The position numbers were made by a program, and so were the translations under genes. Below the pieces are notes generated by a model. The model made no database searches. It saw nothing but the letters and a program-made list of their open reading frames with translations, and was not told the origin of the DNA. Shown one piece after another: positions 11,934 to 20,160 of a stretch of DNA of 32,000 bases. Source of the stretch: Pseudomonas phage 201phi2-1; the sequence record NC_010821.1. The stretch is one strand, 5' to 3'. Within the stretch, counting starts at the first letter, position 1. Each line of letters opens with the position of its first letter.

Positions 11934-12277
11934 TGATTCCTTTCAAGGACGCAGATCAGTGGCGTATTAGTGAAGGTTATGCTGACATGACTGTCATTAA
12001 TACAGGTGGCTGTGAGAACTTCGCAACCGACATGCTACACCACATACCTAACGGTGAATTGATAGGTACTGAAAACGTGGTCTGCTGGGATCACACAGAT
12101 ACATGGCCAGGTGGCCACTGTTGGATTTACGATGGTGACAAACATTATGACAGTGAAGCACTAGACGGCGTGGATGACTGGCGACAACTTCCTTTCTTTA
12201 GTACTCGCCTCAAAGAACTTCGCGAAGTAACAGAATGTGATTGTCCACAAGTATGTTTTGTGAAAGTAAATAAATGA
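11933..12277 (+). CDS. Putative cysteine protease-like (NlpC/transglutaminase-like fold candidate) protein, 114 aa
   Basis: Ordered candidate Cys/His/Asp: GGCENFATDML … WPGGHCWIYDGDKHYDSEALDGVDDWRQLPFF. Confidence 0.45.
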   Translation: MIPFKDADQWRISEGYADMTVINTGGCENFATDMLHHIPNGELIGTENVVCWDHTDTWPGGHCWIYDGDKHYDSEALDGVDDWRQLPFFSTRLKELREVTECDCPQVCFVKVNK

Positions 12278-12282
12278 CATAA

Positions 12283-12322
12283 CCCCCTCCATTACGGAGG
12301 GGGATGGTCTAATTCTTTTTTG
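12283..12322 (+). terminator. Rho-independent terminator
   Basis: CCCCCTCC-ATTAC-GGAGGGGG followed by a T-rich stretch (attcttttttgg). Confidence 0.75.
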
Positions 12323-12330
12323 GAGGTTTT

Positions 12331-12531
12331 ATGTATCACGTATATATCTGGTTGTCCCTAGCAATAACCTTTATTGCTTTAGTTTGGTTTGAACATAAGC
12401 AACTTACCAATGGTGGCCTGTTCTACGGATTTGGATTCTTCTTTAGTAGCATCGGATTCACACTTTCAACTATTGGTTGTGTTATCAGCATACTCATCGG
12501 TGCGGTGGAGTTGTTTAAGCTTTTAACTTAA
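12331..12531 (+). CDS. Small membrane protein, 66 aa
   Basis: Two hydrophobic segments; GGAGG upstream of the ATG. Confidence 0.8.
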   Translation: MYHVYIWLSLAITFIALVWFEHKQLTNGGLFYGFGFFFSSIGFTLSTIGCVISILIGAVELFKLLT

Positions 12532-12549
12532 CTCAAAAGATTTCAGATT

Positions 12550-12557
12550 TATATCAT
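12550..12557 (+). promoter_or_regulatory. Weak variant of the TATATTAC element (AGATTTATATCAT)
   Basis: Shares AGATTTATAT with the 23649 element, 54 nt upstream of the ATG at 12604, in an intergenic gap. Confidence 0.3.
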
Positions 12558-12603
12558 GTAGTTGAGTTATAAACCACTTCAATCAGCATAAGAGGAAACG
12601 TAC

Positions 12604-13725
12604 ATGTCTATCCAACGCATTACTTTCGAAGGTGTTCTGAACTGGCTGTCCACTAAGCAATCCGATAAGTGGCACATGGTATTTCAGGCATCTCAGTTTG
12701 ATCTGAATGACTTCGTTGATAGTGTTAGCTTCGGTCATCTGACTTTGAACCTGAGTCCTAACGCTACTCGTGACATGGCTCTGTATGATGAACACATCTA
12801 CTTCAAGATCTGCAAGCACGGCATCCCACAAGAGATGATGATTCCATATACAGCCTTGATGATCATTCAAGATCCAGATGATCCATCCGGTTCCATGCCA
12901 TGGCCTTATTTCTTGGATCATGGTGAAGACTACACTCCAGACGAAGATGAAGAACTTGACCAGGGTACCGTAGTTAAGAAATCCAATGTAATCGAACTAC
13001 CTAACTCGGGAGTTAAATTGGAGTTGCGTATTCCTACGCTGGAGGACTATAACAACCTGAATTTCGACAACGTACTTCAGTTCCCTAAAAAGGATGCTGA
13101 TGGAGAACTACCATCCGCCGAAGAAATTGCTGAACTCAATCAACTGATGTCGGACAATGGCATGGACATTAATCTGGTGGAGTTCAAACGAAATGACAAG
13201 GGTGAGTTTGAAGTTTCGCTTAGCCTTAATGATAATCCGGTAGTTGAATGGGACGGTAAAGATAAGCATCTCAAGCAACTGTCTGATAACCTACCTAAAG
13301 GACTGGTTTCCGATGACGGCATTATTGATGTAGTGAAGCTCGCTTCCAAGGCACAACGTCTGGCACTGGCTGCGCCGCCTACGTTGCAACAACGTATGGC
13401 TGAACGCGGTATGAGTGTGATCATCGGTGGAGCTAAGCCTGCTGAAGCTAGCATGCCTTTCATTGATGAAGTCTATCGTGCTAAGCGTGAACGCCGTGAA
13501 GCTATCCAGAAAGCGGCAGACGAAGCGTTGTTCAAAGAGCGAGCACTTCCAGCAGGTACAACCCTAGGTGAAATGCTTCAATCGCCCGGCATGACCATTC
13601 GTTCGGATGGTTCTAAAGGTAACTCGGTGTTCTTCCCTGATCTGGATGTACGTAAGTGCTACTTCCATACTCGACGTATTGTTCGTCCAGAATGGCTCCA
13701 AGTACATGAAGGGGGTCTGAAATGA
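12604..13725 (+). CDS. SspB-like (ClpXP adaptor-like) N-terminal domain plus long C-terminal extension, 373 aa
   Basis: GHLTLNLSPNATRDMALYDEHIYFKICKHGIPQEMMIPYTALMIIQDPDDPSGSMPWPY compares with the SspB pattern (I)VLNI(S/A)P(R)AV(x)NLEL(x)(N)D(x)I(x)F(x)ARFGG(I/V)PRQV(x)VP(x)AAVLAIYARENG; acidic linker follows. Confidence 0.72.
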   Translation: MSIQRITFEGVLNWLSTKQSDKWHMVFQASQFDLNDFVDSVSFGHLTLNLSPNATRDMALYDEHIYFKICKHGIPQEMMIPYTALMIIQDPDDPSGSMPWPYFLDHGEDYTPDEDEELDQGTVVKKSNVIELPNSGVKLELRIPTLEDYNNLNFDNVLQFPKKDADGELPSAEEIAELNQLMSDNGMDINLVEFKRNDKGEFEVSLSLNDNPVVEWDGKDKHLKQLSDNLPKGLVSDDGIIDVVKLASKAQRLALAAPPTLQQRMAERGMSVIIGGAKPAEASMPFIDEVYRAKRERREAIQKAADEALFKERALPAGTTLGEMLQSPGMTIRSDGSKGNSVFFPDLDVRKCYFHTRRIVRPEWLQVHEGGLK

Positions 13726-13886
13726 TTGACGGTATTTTTGCAGCGGCGTACATCTTCACCATCTTAGGTTGGATAGGTATCCCGATGGCGGTGCTAGGTA
13801 ATAACGATAGGATGTTTAAATATCTATTACCCACTACCATTTGCTTTTCAATATTCACTGTAATATGGACTATTTTCTATGGATAA
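13722..13886 (+). CDS. Small membrane protein, 54 aa (MIDGIFAAAYIFTILGWIGIPMAVLGNNDRMFKYLLPTTICFSIFTVIWTIFYG)
   Basis: ATGA overlap with the upstream stop; overlaps the next ATG (13879); two hydrophobic segments. Not in the ORF track. Confidence 0.65.
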   Translation: MIDGIFAAAYIFTILGWIGIPMAVLGNNDRMFKYLLPTTICFSIFTVIWTIFYG

Positions 13887-14277
13887 TATCGGTCGTAACA
13901 TCGAGGTTCGTGCAATTATCGAGAAAGCTTTTGAAGTATTACAGATGATAAAAGATCCATTGGAACTTTGGTGCATCGTAGACCTTGCTCCTGAAGTACG
14001 CGGTGCCATTCCACCGACAACAGAGAAGCTGGTGTCTATTGAACTGGGTCCGTTAACCCGTAATACCCGGACGACACTACATCCAGATCACTTGATGGTT
14101 TCACTTAGTGCAGACACACCTAAGGTTAAATTGCCCTACAGTGCTATCTACTGTATGGCAACCTCAAGTGATCTAGCCCAGGATCTCAACTGGATGCAGG
14201 GTACATCCGAAGGTCGCGACCTAGCCTATGTCGACTTGGTACAACCTTATCACGGGATTCCTAAGTACCAGCAATAA
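13879..14277 (+). CDS. Second SspB-like domain protein, 132 aa
   Basis: KLVSIELGPLTRNTRTTLHPDHLMVSLSADTPKVKLPYSAIYCMATSSD follows the same strand/turn pattern as the SspB-like core of 12604..13725. Confidence 0.55.
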   Translation: MDNIGRNIEVRAIIEKAFEVLQMIKDPLELWCIVDLAPEVRGAIPPTTEKLVSIELGPLTRNTRTTLHPDHLMVSLSADTPKVKLPYSAIYCMATSSDLAQDLNWMQGTSEGRDLAYVDLVQPYHGIPKYQQ

Positions 14278-14286
14278 AACACTCTC

Positions 14287-14318
14287 GGGGATTACATATG
14301 TAATCCCCTTCCTATTTC
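14287..14318 (+). terminator. Rho-independent terminator
   Basis: GGGGATTACATATGTAATCCCC near-palindromic stem with a TTCCTATTT tail. Confidence 0.75.
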
Positions 14319-14333
14319 GCCTAGAGGTATAAA

Positions 14334-15707
14334 ATGCAACAGTATCTAGATTCCATCATTGACATTAAAGAGAACGGCGTTTTTAAAGGTGACCGCACTG
14401 GCACTGGTACTCAGAGCAAGCTGGGTCAACAAGAACGTTATTCGCTGCGTGACAACACCCTCCCAGTAATTACCACCAAGAAGATCCATCTACCGTCTAT
14501 CATCCATGAACTGATCTGGATGCTATCGGGTGATACACGTGTAGACTACCTGATCGAAAACGGGGTTCGAATCTGGAACGAGTGGGTAAAACCGCACACC
14601 GCTGAATACCGTGCTTTGATGCCAGGTGAATTGCGTAAAGCACTTCAACCAAAAATCGGTGATCGTCATCTATTGGTCTTTGTATATGGTGAACAGCGTC
14701 CAATCAAAGTGATCGATTACAACTCTTATCTGGATTCTCTGAAAGACGAAGCCGCGCGCGATTTCAAACAACAGTTCAATGAAGAGCAACTAACCACAGC
14801 TGAATACGTGATCGAAGTGACACCAGAAGACTGGCGTCGTGTTAGTACACCAGACTTCAAAGAGCACCTTACTCCAAACCTTATTCCGTACGAATACGAC
14901 CAGCGTATTTATCGACTACTGTTTGATAAAGAGCCGATGAAGTTGATCGGCGGTGATCTCGGTGCAGTGTATGGTAAGACTTGGCGTGATATCGAAGACA
15001 CCCGTGTGATTCCAAAGTATGACTGGGTTGATTATGAAGCTCGTGGTTTTGACTTCGTAGTGGATGTTCCCGGTACCAGCATTGAGAATGATCGTTGTGT
15101 TGTAACCCGTCGTATCGATCAGATCCAAGACATCATCGATCAACTCCGTACCAACCCTGATTCTCGTCGGATCATCGTTTGTGCATGGGCACCTCAACTG
15201 GTAGATGAGCAAGCACTTCCACCATGCCATAGCTTCTTCCAGTTCTGGACTCGTGAATTGACAGTGGAAGAAAGGATCAAGTTACTCCGTACGACTAAAC
15301 CTGAGATCTATAACGTGATTGATGGGACCACAGGGTATTTCGAACATATCGCTGATATCAATGATATCCCTAAGCGTGCAATTAGCTGTCACCTCTATCA
15401 GCGTTCGGTTGACGCCTTCCTTGGAAAGCCGTTTAACATCACGTTCTATAGTCTGCTGACTCACTGGCTGGCTAACCAACTGAACATGGTTGCGGATGAG
15501 TTCGTTTGGACTGGTGGGGATTGTCACATCTATTCCAACCACCAAGAACAAACTGATCTTCAGTTGACTCGTGAACCGAAAGCTCTGCCAACTATTCGCT
15601 TTACTCCTGAAGCTAAGGGTAAAGACATTCGGGAGATCCGTCCAGAAGACTTCGAGATCCTGAACTACGAGTTCCATCCACACATTGCAGGTAAGGTAGC
15701 TGTCTAA
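14334..15707 (+). CDS. thyA: Thymidylate synthase with large insertions, 457 aa
   Basis: DRTGTGT, GGDLGAVYGKTWRD, NPDSRRIIVCAWAP, ALPPCHSFFQFW, LYQRSVDAFLGKPFNITFYSLLTH, WTGGDCHIYSNH. Confidence 0.95.
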   Translation: MQQYLDSIIDIKENGVFKGDRTGTGTQSKLGQQERYSLRDNTLPVITTKKIHLPSIIHELIWMLSGDTRVDYLIENGVRIWNEWVKPHTAEYRALMPGELRKALQPKIGDRHLLVFVYGEQRPIKVIDYNSYLDSLKDEAARDFKQQFNEEQLTTAEYVIEVTPEDWRRVSTPDFKEHLTPNLIPYEYDQRIYRLLFDKEPMKLIGGDLGAVYGKTWRDIEDTRVIPKYDWVDYEARGFDFVVDVPGTSIENDRCVVTRRIDQIQDIIDQLRTNPDSRRIIVCAWAPQLVDEQALPPCHSFFQFWTRELTVEERIKLLRTTKPEIYNVIDGTTGYFEHIADINDIPKRAISCHLYQRSVDAFLGKPFNITFYSLLTHWLANQLNMVADEFVWTGGDCHIYSNHQEQTDLQLTREPKALPTIRFTPEAKGKDIREIRPEDFEILNYEFHPHIAGKVAV

Positions 15708-15940
15708 TGGGTCCTACAGCACTTGAGCTGATTGAAACGAATATCGGTAAAGGTATTCCACTCACGCTTGATGATCGCGTGTATTACCATGAAGCTAAGC
15801 AGATGGGCGCTGACTACCATAAGGTGGAACCAGCGATTACGAATGCTAAAGACATTCTGTCTTTACTGAGTCGACATGGCCTGAATCGCACTGAAGCTGA
15901 ACTATCCGAGTGGCTGGATAAACAAGGCGTACCTAAGTAA
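15707..15940 (+). CDS. Hypothetical protein, 77 aa
   Basis: TAATG overlap with thyA. Confidence 0.75.
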   Translation: MGPTALELIETNIGKGIPLTLDDRVYYHEAKQMGADYHKVEPAITNAKDILSLLSRHGLNRTEAELSEWLDKQGVPK

Positions 15941-15950
15941 CTGACATAAT

Positions 15951-15973
15951 GGGTCCCTCCGGGGACCCTTTTA
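15951..15973 (+). terminator. Rho-independent terminator
   Basis: GGGTCCC-TCCG-GGGACCC-TTTTA. Confidence 0.85.
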
Positions 15974-15975
15974 TA

Positions 15976-16542
15976 ATGTGGACTACCATGAACCCTAAAT
16001 CTGGATTAAGGCCGTATCTGGAAAGAGATGTAGAAGATATCGTTGAGGCTATTATTGACGATGAAGGCAATGTGGCTTCTCAGATTAAGATCGTGGTCAA
16101 TGGTCAAACGAGGTTGGTTAACTTAGGTTTGATTAAGAACACGATGAAGTTCATCTGGGAACGACCTGAACCATTACCATGGGAGGATACGCTAAAAGAG
16201 ATACTACTTACAGCATTCCCTGATTACCTTTGGCCGGCAGATACCATAAGCGGTATTAAACTCGAAACCCCACGTAAGTTGATTCGAACTGCAATAACCA
16301 AACGAGACGGCATACTGGTTGCATCTAATGTATTCAGATGTCAATTTGGTGGAAAGGTATTTGGTCCAGAGATATCCGCACACTGGATATCAGAACCACT
16401 TACTAAATTCCAGCAGATTTACATCATGCATTTACTACTGGCACACGGTGAAGATGGACATGTAGGACATGGGATGGTTGACTGGGAACTATTCGTAGAT
16501 CTAACCACTAATGAAGCTCGATTCGACTTGAGGAATCAATGA
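15976..16542 (+). CDS. Hypothetical protein, about 188 aa
   Basis: Track start (15949) lies in the terminator; ATG at 15976 or 15988 likelier. Confidence 0.7.
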   Translation: MWTTMNPKSGLRPYLERDVEDIVEAIIDDEGNVASQIKIVVNGQTRLVNLGLIKNTMKFIWERPEPLPWEDTLKEILLTAFPDYLWPADTISGIKLETPRKLIRTAITKRDGILVASNVFRCQFGGKVFGPEISAHWISEPLTKFQQIYIMHLLLAHGEDGHVGHGMVDWELFVDLTTNEARFDLRNQ

Positions 16543-16862
16543 TGGAACAAGGTATCATAAACCGCATTCGCCAATTGGCAGAAGATCTGGATATCGCTGA
16601 AACGTATCCAAAGCACATCAACATCACCTTTGATGAAGCTAACGATTACGCAGTCAAGGTACTCAATGCTAAATTGAATGGGGTCCCAATGGCAGTGGTC
16701 TTGGTCAGTGTTGAATACGACCAAGGGTTGTTGAATTGCCTACGTGGGATTATGGAACAGCGCTTTGGGATGGGTGAACACATCCTCGACATCAAGGTTC
16801 CTAAAACACTCGATCGGATTATCATCAAGTTCGATCAACCTTATTCGTTACTGGAGGCTTAA
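16539..16862 (+). CDS. Hypothetical protein, 107 aa
   Basis: ATGATG start overlapping the upstream TGA. Confidence 0.75.
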   Translation: MMEQGIINRIRQLAEDLDIAETYPKHINITFDEANDYAVKVLNAKLNGVPMAVVLVSVEYDQGLLNCLRGIMEQRFGMGEHILDIKVPKTLDRIIIKFDQPYSLLEA

Positions 16863-17081
16863 ATGGATAGTCGTGCACAGATCATCGGCGCTCGGTATTC
16901 GCCATCAGTGAGAGGTTACATACTGGAAGCTATGGAATTAGAAAGGATCGTCAGTGACTTACATTGGTCGCAGATGGGCGCTAATGATTGTAAGAATGAT
17001 CATGGTGAACGAACCAACCATAAACTGAAAGATCAACCGTTCTATGCACGGGGTCGTAACGGTAAAATGCGCAATTGGTAA
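16863..17081 (+). CDS. Hypothetical protein, 72 aa
   Basis: Immediately follows the upstream stop. Confidence 0.65.
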   Translation: MDSRAQIIGARYSPSVRGYILEAMELERIVSDLHWSQMGANDCKNDHGERTNHKLKDQPFYARGRNGKMRNW

Positions 17082-17109
17082 CACTTTAATCTATTAAGAG
17101 GAAACAAAG

Positions 17110-18516
17110 ATGTCGGCAGTTAAATATAGTGCAGTAGTTGAAAACACCCGTAAACTGGTGCGTGTAGTAAAGGTAGATGCAATTACCCCAATCAAGAAAG
17201 CTGACTTTATCGAGCTGGCCAAAATCGATGGTTGGCAATGTGTAGTAAAGAAAGACGAGTTCAAAGCAGGTGATCTGGCAGTGTATGCTGAGATCGATTC
17301 CCTGTTACCACTCGACAATCCACTGTTCGCCTTCCTTGGTGAGCGTTCGGATGGTAAGCGGACATTTGATGGCGTAGCGTACTCTCGTATCCGCACCGCT
17401 AAGATGCGTGGTGAAGTATCACAAGGTTTGTTGCTACCACTACCAGAACAATTCAAGGGTAAGAAGGTCGGTACTAACCTGACCAACGAACTCGGTGTTC
17501 GTAAACTGGAAGCTGAGATCGCTAACGTTGATGGCTTTGATGGTCGTCTTAACAAGGATGGTCCGATTAGTCTGTGGGAACGTCTGGCGCGTTTTGTAGC
17601 AGGTCCACCTGCCGAAGCAATGCATCTTCCTTTCCCTGCTCAGATCTCTAAATCAGATCAAGAGCGTGTTCAGAATATCGGTAACCAATATGCCGAAGCA
17701 GCGGCGTCCGGCGAGACGTTCGAGGAAACGGTTAAGGTCGATGGTCAATCCATGACAGTTTATAGCTTCCGCGATATGGATGAGGCTGGTCCTATTCGCC
17801 GCTACGGCGTTTGTTCGCGTAACTTCGACATGCGTATGACTGATGTTGTATTCACCCCTGTACAGGCTTTCCGTCGCTTTGTAGCACAGAACATGCTTGC
17901 CTTAAGTGGTGGGTTCAGTGGTTTGTTCCGTACGGCTCAATTCCTGACTAAACAGGTTATGGATAAAAAGCTGGATGCCGACTACGCCATTAAAGAGTAC
18001 TTCACTAAGCGGTACTTCTGGTTCTCTCCATTTAAAATGTGCATCGCCGCAATGGATGATAACTGCGTCAATTATGTTATCACCAACAAAGTACTGGATA
18101 AACTGGCAGCTTACAACGTACTGCACGATGACTGCATTACTGTACAGGGTGAGTTGTTCGGTCCAGGTATCCAGAAGAACTATGAACGTCCTGCTGAGAA
18201 ACGTTTCGCAGTGTATCAGGTGTATCGTAATGGTAGCGAATGGGTTAAACCGATCGAAGCTCGCGCTATTACCGAAAGCATCGGCTTGGAATACGTTAAA
18301 GTACTGAATGGTTCCACTACGCTACCTAAGTCGGTTAAGGAAGTTCTGACCCGTGCTAAAGGTAAGGGTGCCTATGCAGCTTTTGACCCATCGATCAATG
18401 CCGTACCTGACATCAACCGTGAAGGTATTGTATTTAAATCAAACACTCGTGATTTCAGCTTTAAGGTAATCTCGACTGAATATCTTCTTGAAGCCGAAGC
18501 AGCTATGGAAGAATAA
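17110..18516 (+). CDS. RNA ligase, DRB0094-like family, 468 aa
   Basis: N-terminal domain (ADFIELAKIDGWQCVVKKDEFKAGDLAVY…MRGEVSQGLLLPLP) typical of DRB0094-type ligases; KVDGQS nucleotidyl motif, GVCSRN, ELFGPGIQKN, REGIVFKS. Confidence 0.85.
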   Translation: MSAVKYSAVVENTRKLVRVVKVDAITPIKKADFIELAKIDGWQCVVKKDEFKAGDLAVYAEIDSLLPLDNPLFAFLGERSDGKRTFDGVAYSRIRTAKMRGEVSQGLLLPLPEQFKGKKVGTNLTNELGVRKLEAEIANVDGFDGRLNKDGPISLWERLARFVAGPPAEAMHLPFPAQISKSDQERVQNIGNQYAEAAASGETFEETVKVDGQSMTVYSFRDMDEAGPIRRYGVCSRNFDMRMTDVVFTPVQAFRRFVAQNMLALSGGFSGLFRTAQFLTKQVMDKKLDADYAIKEYFTKRYFWFSPFKMCIAAMDDNCVNYVITNKVLDKLAAYNVLHDDCITVQGELFGPGIQKNYERPAEKRFAVYQVYRNGSEWVKPIEARAITESIGLEYVKVLNGSTTLPKSVKEVLTRAKGKGAYAAFDPSINAVPDINREGIVFKSNTRDFSFKVISTEYLLEAEAAMEE

Positions 18517-18552
18517 GTAGTACTTACAAATTAATCTTAAAGTGAGGATACA

Positions 18553-19284
18553 ATGACACTGCGTATGGAATGGCGAGAAACCGTTGAATGGCTCCACATG
18601 GAAGCACGTATGTTCTATTTCCATGAACCACTCAAGTTCCCTGAAGGCGAGTTTGAGGTATTCGTACCAGCATGGTTGTTACGAATGGGTAGTTTGGTCC
18701 GCACTACCACGCATACGCCCATTGCGAACAATCCAAATGCAAAGTTTCTTTGGTGGTGTTGGCTGCGACTTGATCCCGAACAAAAGGAAATTCTTCAAGC
18801 GTCTGATACGATGGGTGTCATCGAACATATGGCTAGAGAGTTCGAGTGTTTCCCGACGCTCTTGGCTGACATGCAGGATCAGCGCAAGATTTATGACTAT
18901 TGGAACTCTAACCAATACGTCACCACTATCTACAAACTTACACCTAAGTGCATTACCCGTCTAGACAAAGAAACATACTTGGAAGTTTTCTTCCAGTATC
19001 AAAGTGATCTAAGGTATCCACGTATCAAGAACTTGGCTATCCAGTATCACGAGAACCTTGAAGACGTACTGGCCTATGTTGGCCCGACTTACACAGTGAT
19101 CTCACATACCGATGCACGACTGGTCCTCAAGACCCCTAATGGTAACGCACAGATCCTCAAAGACCAGTGGCTTTGGTTTAATGGTTTGGAATTCTGTCAC
19201 GGTGACCTCAAACGGTTGAAACAGGTTCAACTGGGATATCTTGATCCACGTGATGCCCCTGGTATCTGGATTAAGCCCACTTGA
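18553..19284 (+). CDS. Hypothetical protein, 243 aa
   Basis: GTGAGG RBS, ATG start, long + ORF. Confidence 0.8.
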   Translation: MTLRMEWRETVEWLHMEARMFYFHEPLKFPEGEFEVFVPAWLLRMGSLVRTTTHTPIANNPNAKFLWWCWLRLDPEQKEILQASDTMGVIEHMAREFECFPTLLADMQDQRKIYDYWNSNQYVTTIYKLTPKCITRLDKETYLEVFFQYQSDLRYPRIKNLAIQYHENLEDVLAYVGPTYTVISHTDARLVLKTPNGNAQILKDQWLWFNGLEFCHGDLKRLKQVQLGYLDPRDAPGIWIKPT

Positions 19285-19331
19285 CCTAAACGAGCTATTC
19301 CGCAGAATAATCTATGTCAAGAGGTAGTGTA

Positions 19332-19613
19332 ATGATTAAGGGTCGACACATTTACAGCATCTACGAAAATACGATTGGTATTGTTCCAGGCAATAAGGTT
19401 CAATACCGTATCTACAAAGGTAGTGAGCTTCTGAGTTCAGTTAACCTGATTGCAACCAAGGTTGATATGGTTAATCGGAAACCCGTGGATGATTATCGTC
19501 TGTGGATGACTGGCGACGAACGCCAAGTTACAGTTGATGCAAGGGCAGTGGTGTTAGCTTACCAGAATGCCCCATTATCTGAAGGACTCCATTTTGAACT
19601 AGAGGTAATTTGA
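19332..19613 (+). CDS. Hypothetical protein (MIKGRHIYSIYENT…), 93 aa
   Basis: GAGG upstream of ATG 19332; track start is 19314. Confidence 0.75.
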   Translation: MIKGRHIYSIYENTIGIVPGNKVQYRIYKGSELLSSVNLIATKVDMVNRKPVDDYRLWMTGDERQVTVDARAVVLAYQNAPLSEGLHFELEVI

Positions 19614-19614
19614 T

Positions 19615-19704
19615 ATGAATGCAATCGGTTGTGAAGAAATTGGTGTAGGTGAAGGTCTCTTTAAAGAAGAATACGAGGGTCTTGATGAATATGAAGGGTA
19701 TTGA
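19615..19704 (+). CDS. Acidic micropeptide, 29 aa (MNAIGCEEIGVGEGLFKEEYEGLDEYEGY)
   Basis: AGAGG upstream, follows the preceding stop by 1 nt. Not in the ORF track. Confidence 0.4.
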   Translation: MNAIGCEEIGVGEGLFKEEYEGLDEYEGY

Positions 19705-19717
19705 CCAGAGTTATTTA

Positions 19718-19757
19718 ATCATACGCTAGCCCCTCATTCCGAGGGGCGCGTCATGAT
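19718..19757 (+). other. Long imperfect hairpin without T tract
   Basis: ATCAT-ACGC-ta-GCCCCTC-ATTCC-GAGGGGC-GCGT-c-ATGAT. Confidence 0.65.
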
Positions 19758-19768
19758 AGGTAACTGTA

Positions 19769-20029
19769 ATGTCATACGACAAAGTGTCTCGCCGTGTTAA
19801 CCGTGTAGAATCCGCCCGAGTGATCCGTAACCAAACTACGGTCTATCTGCTTTACAACGAGTCGAAGTGGCTCAAGACGCAGAAACCTCATAGCTTCGCC
19901 AAAGGTAAGGCTATGAACTGTAGTTGCGGTACGTGCCGTGGTTGGGGACGAGTAGCACGTCAAGATCGTTTTAACCTCCAGTTGGAGAAATCAGGAATGA
20001 CTAAATATGACGTACGTCCAGACATCTGA
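19769..20029 (+). CDS. Small protein with a Cys cluster (CSCGTC), 86 aa
   Basis: ATG start; MNCSCGTCRGWGR suggests metal binding. Confidence 0.7.
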   Translation: MSYDKVSRRVNRVESARVIRNQTTVYLLYNESKWLKTQKPHSFAKGKAMNCSCGTCRGWGRVARQDRFNLQLEKSGMTKYDVRPDI

Positions 20030-20041
20030 AGAGGAATGGGT

Positions 20042-20107
20042 ATGAACAAAGAAACGATTATCGATGAGCGTCCAGATATCATCACTCGTGAAGAAGACTG
20101 GATCTAA
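20042..20107 (+). CDS. Acidic micropeptide, 21 aa (MNKETIIDERPDIITREEDWI), in frame with the preceding ORF
   Basis: GAGG 9-12 nt upstream, terminator directly downstream. Confidence 0.4.
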   Translation: MNKETIIDERPDIITREEDWI

Positions 20108-20110
20108 CTA

Positions 20111-20138
20111 AAAGAGTCCCTTCGGGGACTCTTTTATT
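20111..20138 (+). terminator. Rho-independent terminator
   Basis: AAAGAGTCCC-TTCG-GGGACTCTTT-TATT. Confidence 0.9.
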
Positions 20139-20160
20139 CCCTGTTATCAAGAGGTGCGGT

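Noticed and set aside
18584-18964. 126-aa + strand ORF overlapping 18553..19284 in another frame
   Set aside because: Nested in a longer, better-supported ORF with a good RBS; Ser/Arg-rich out-of-frame composition.
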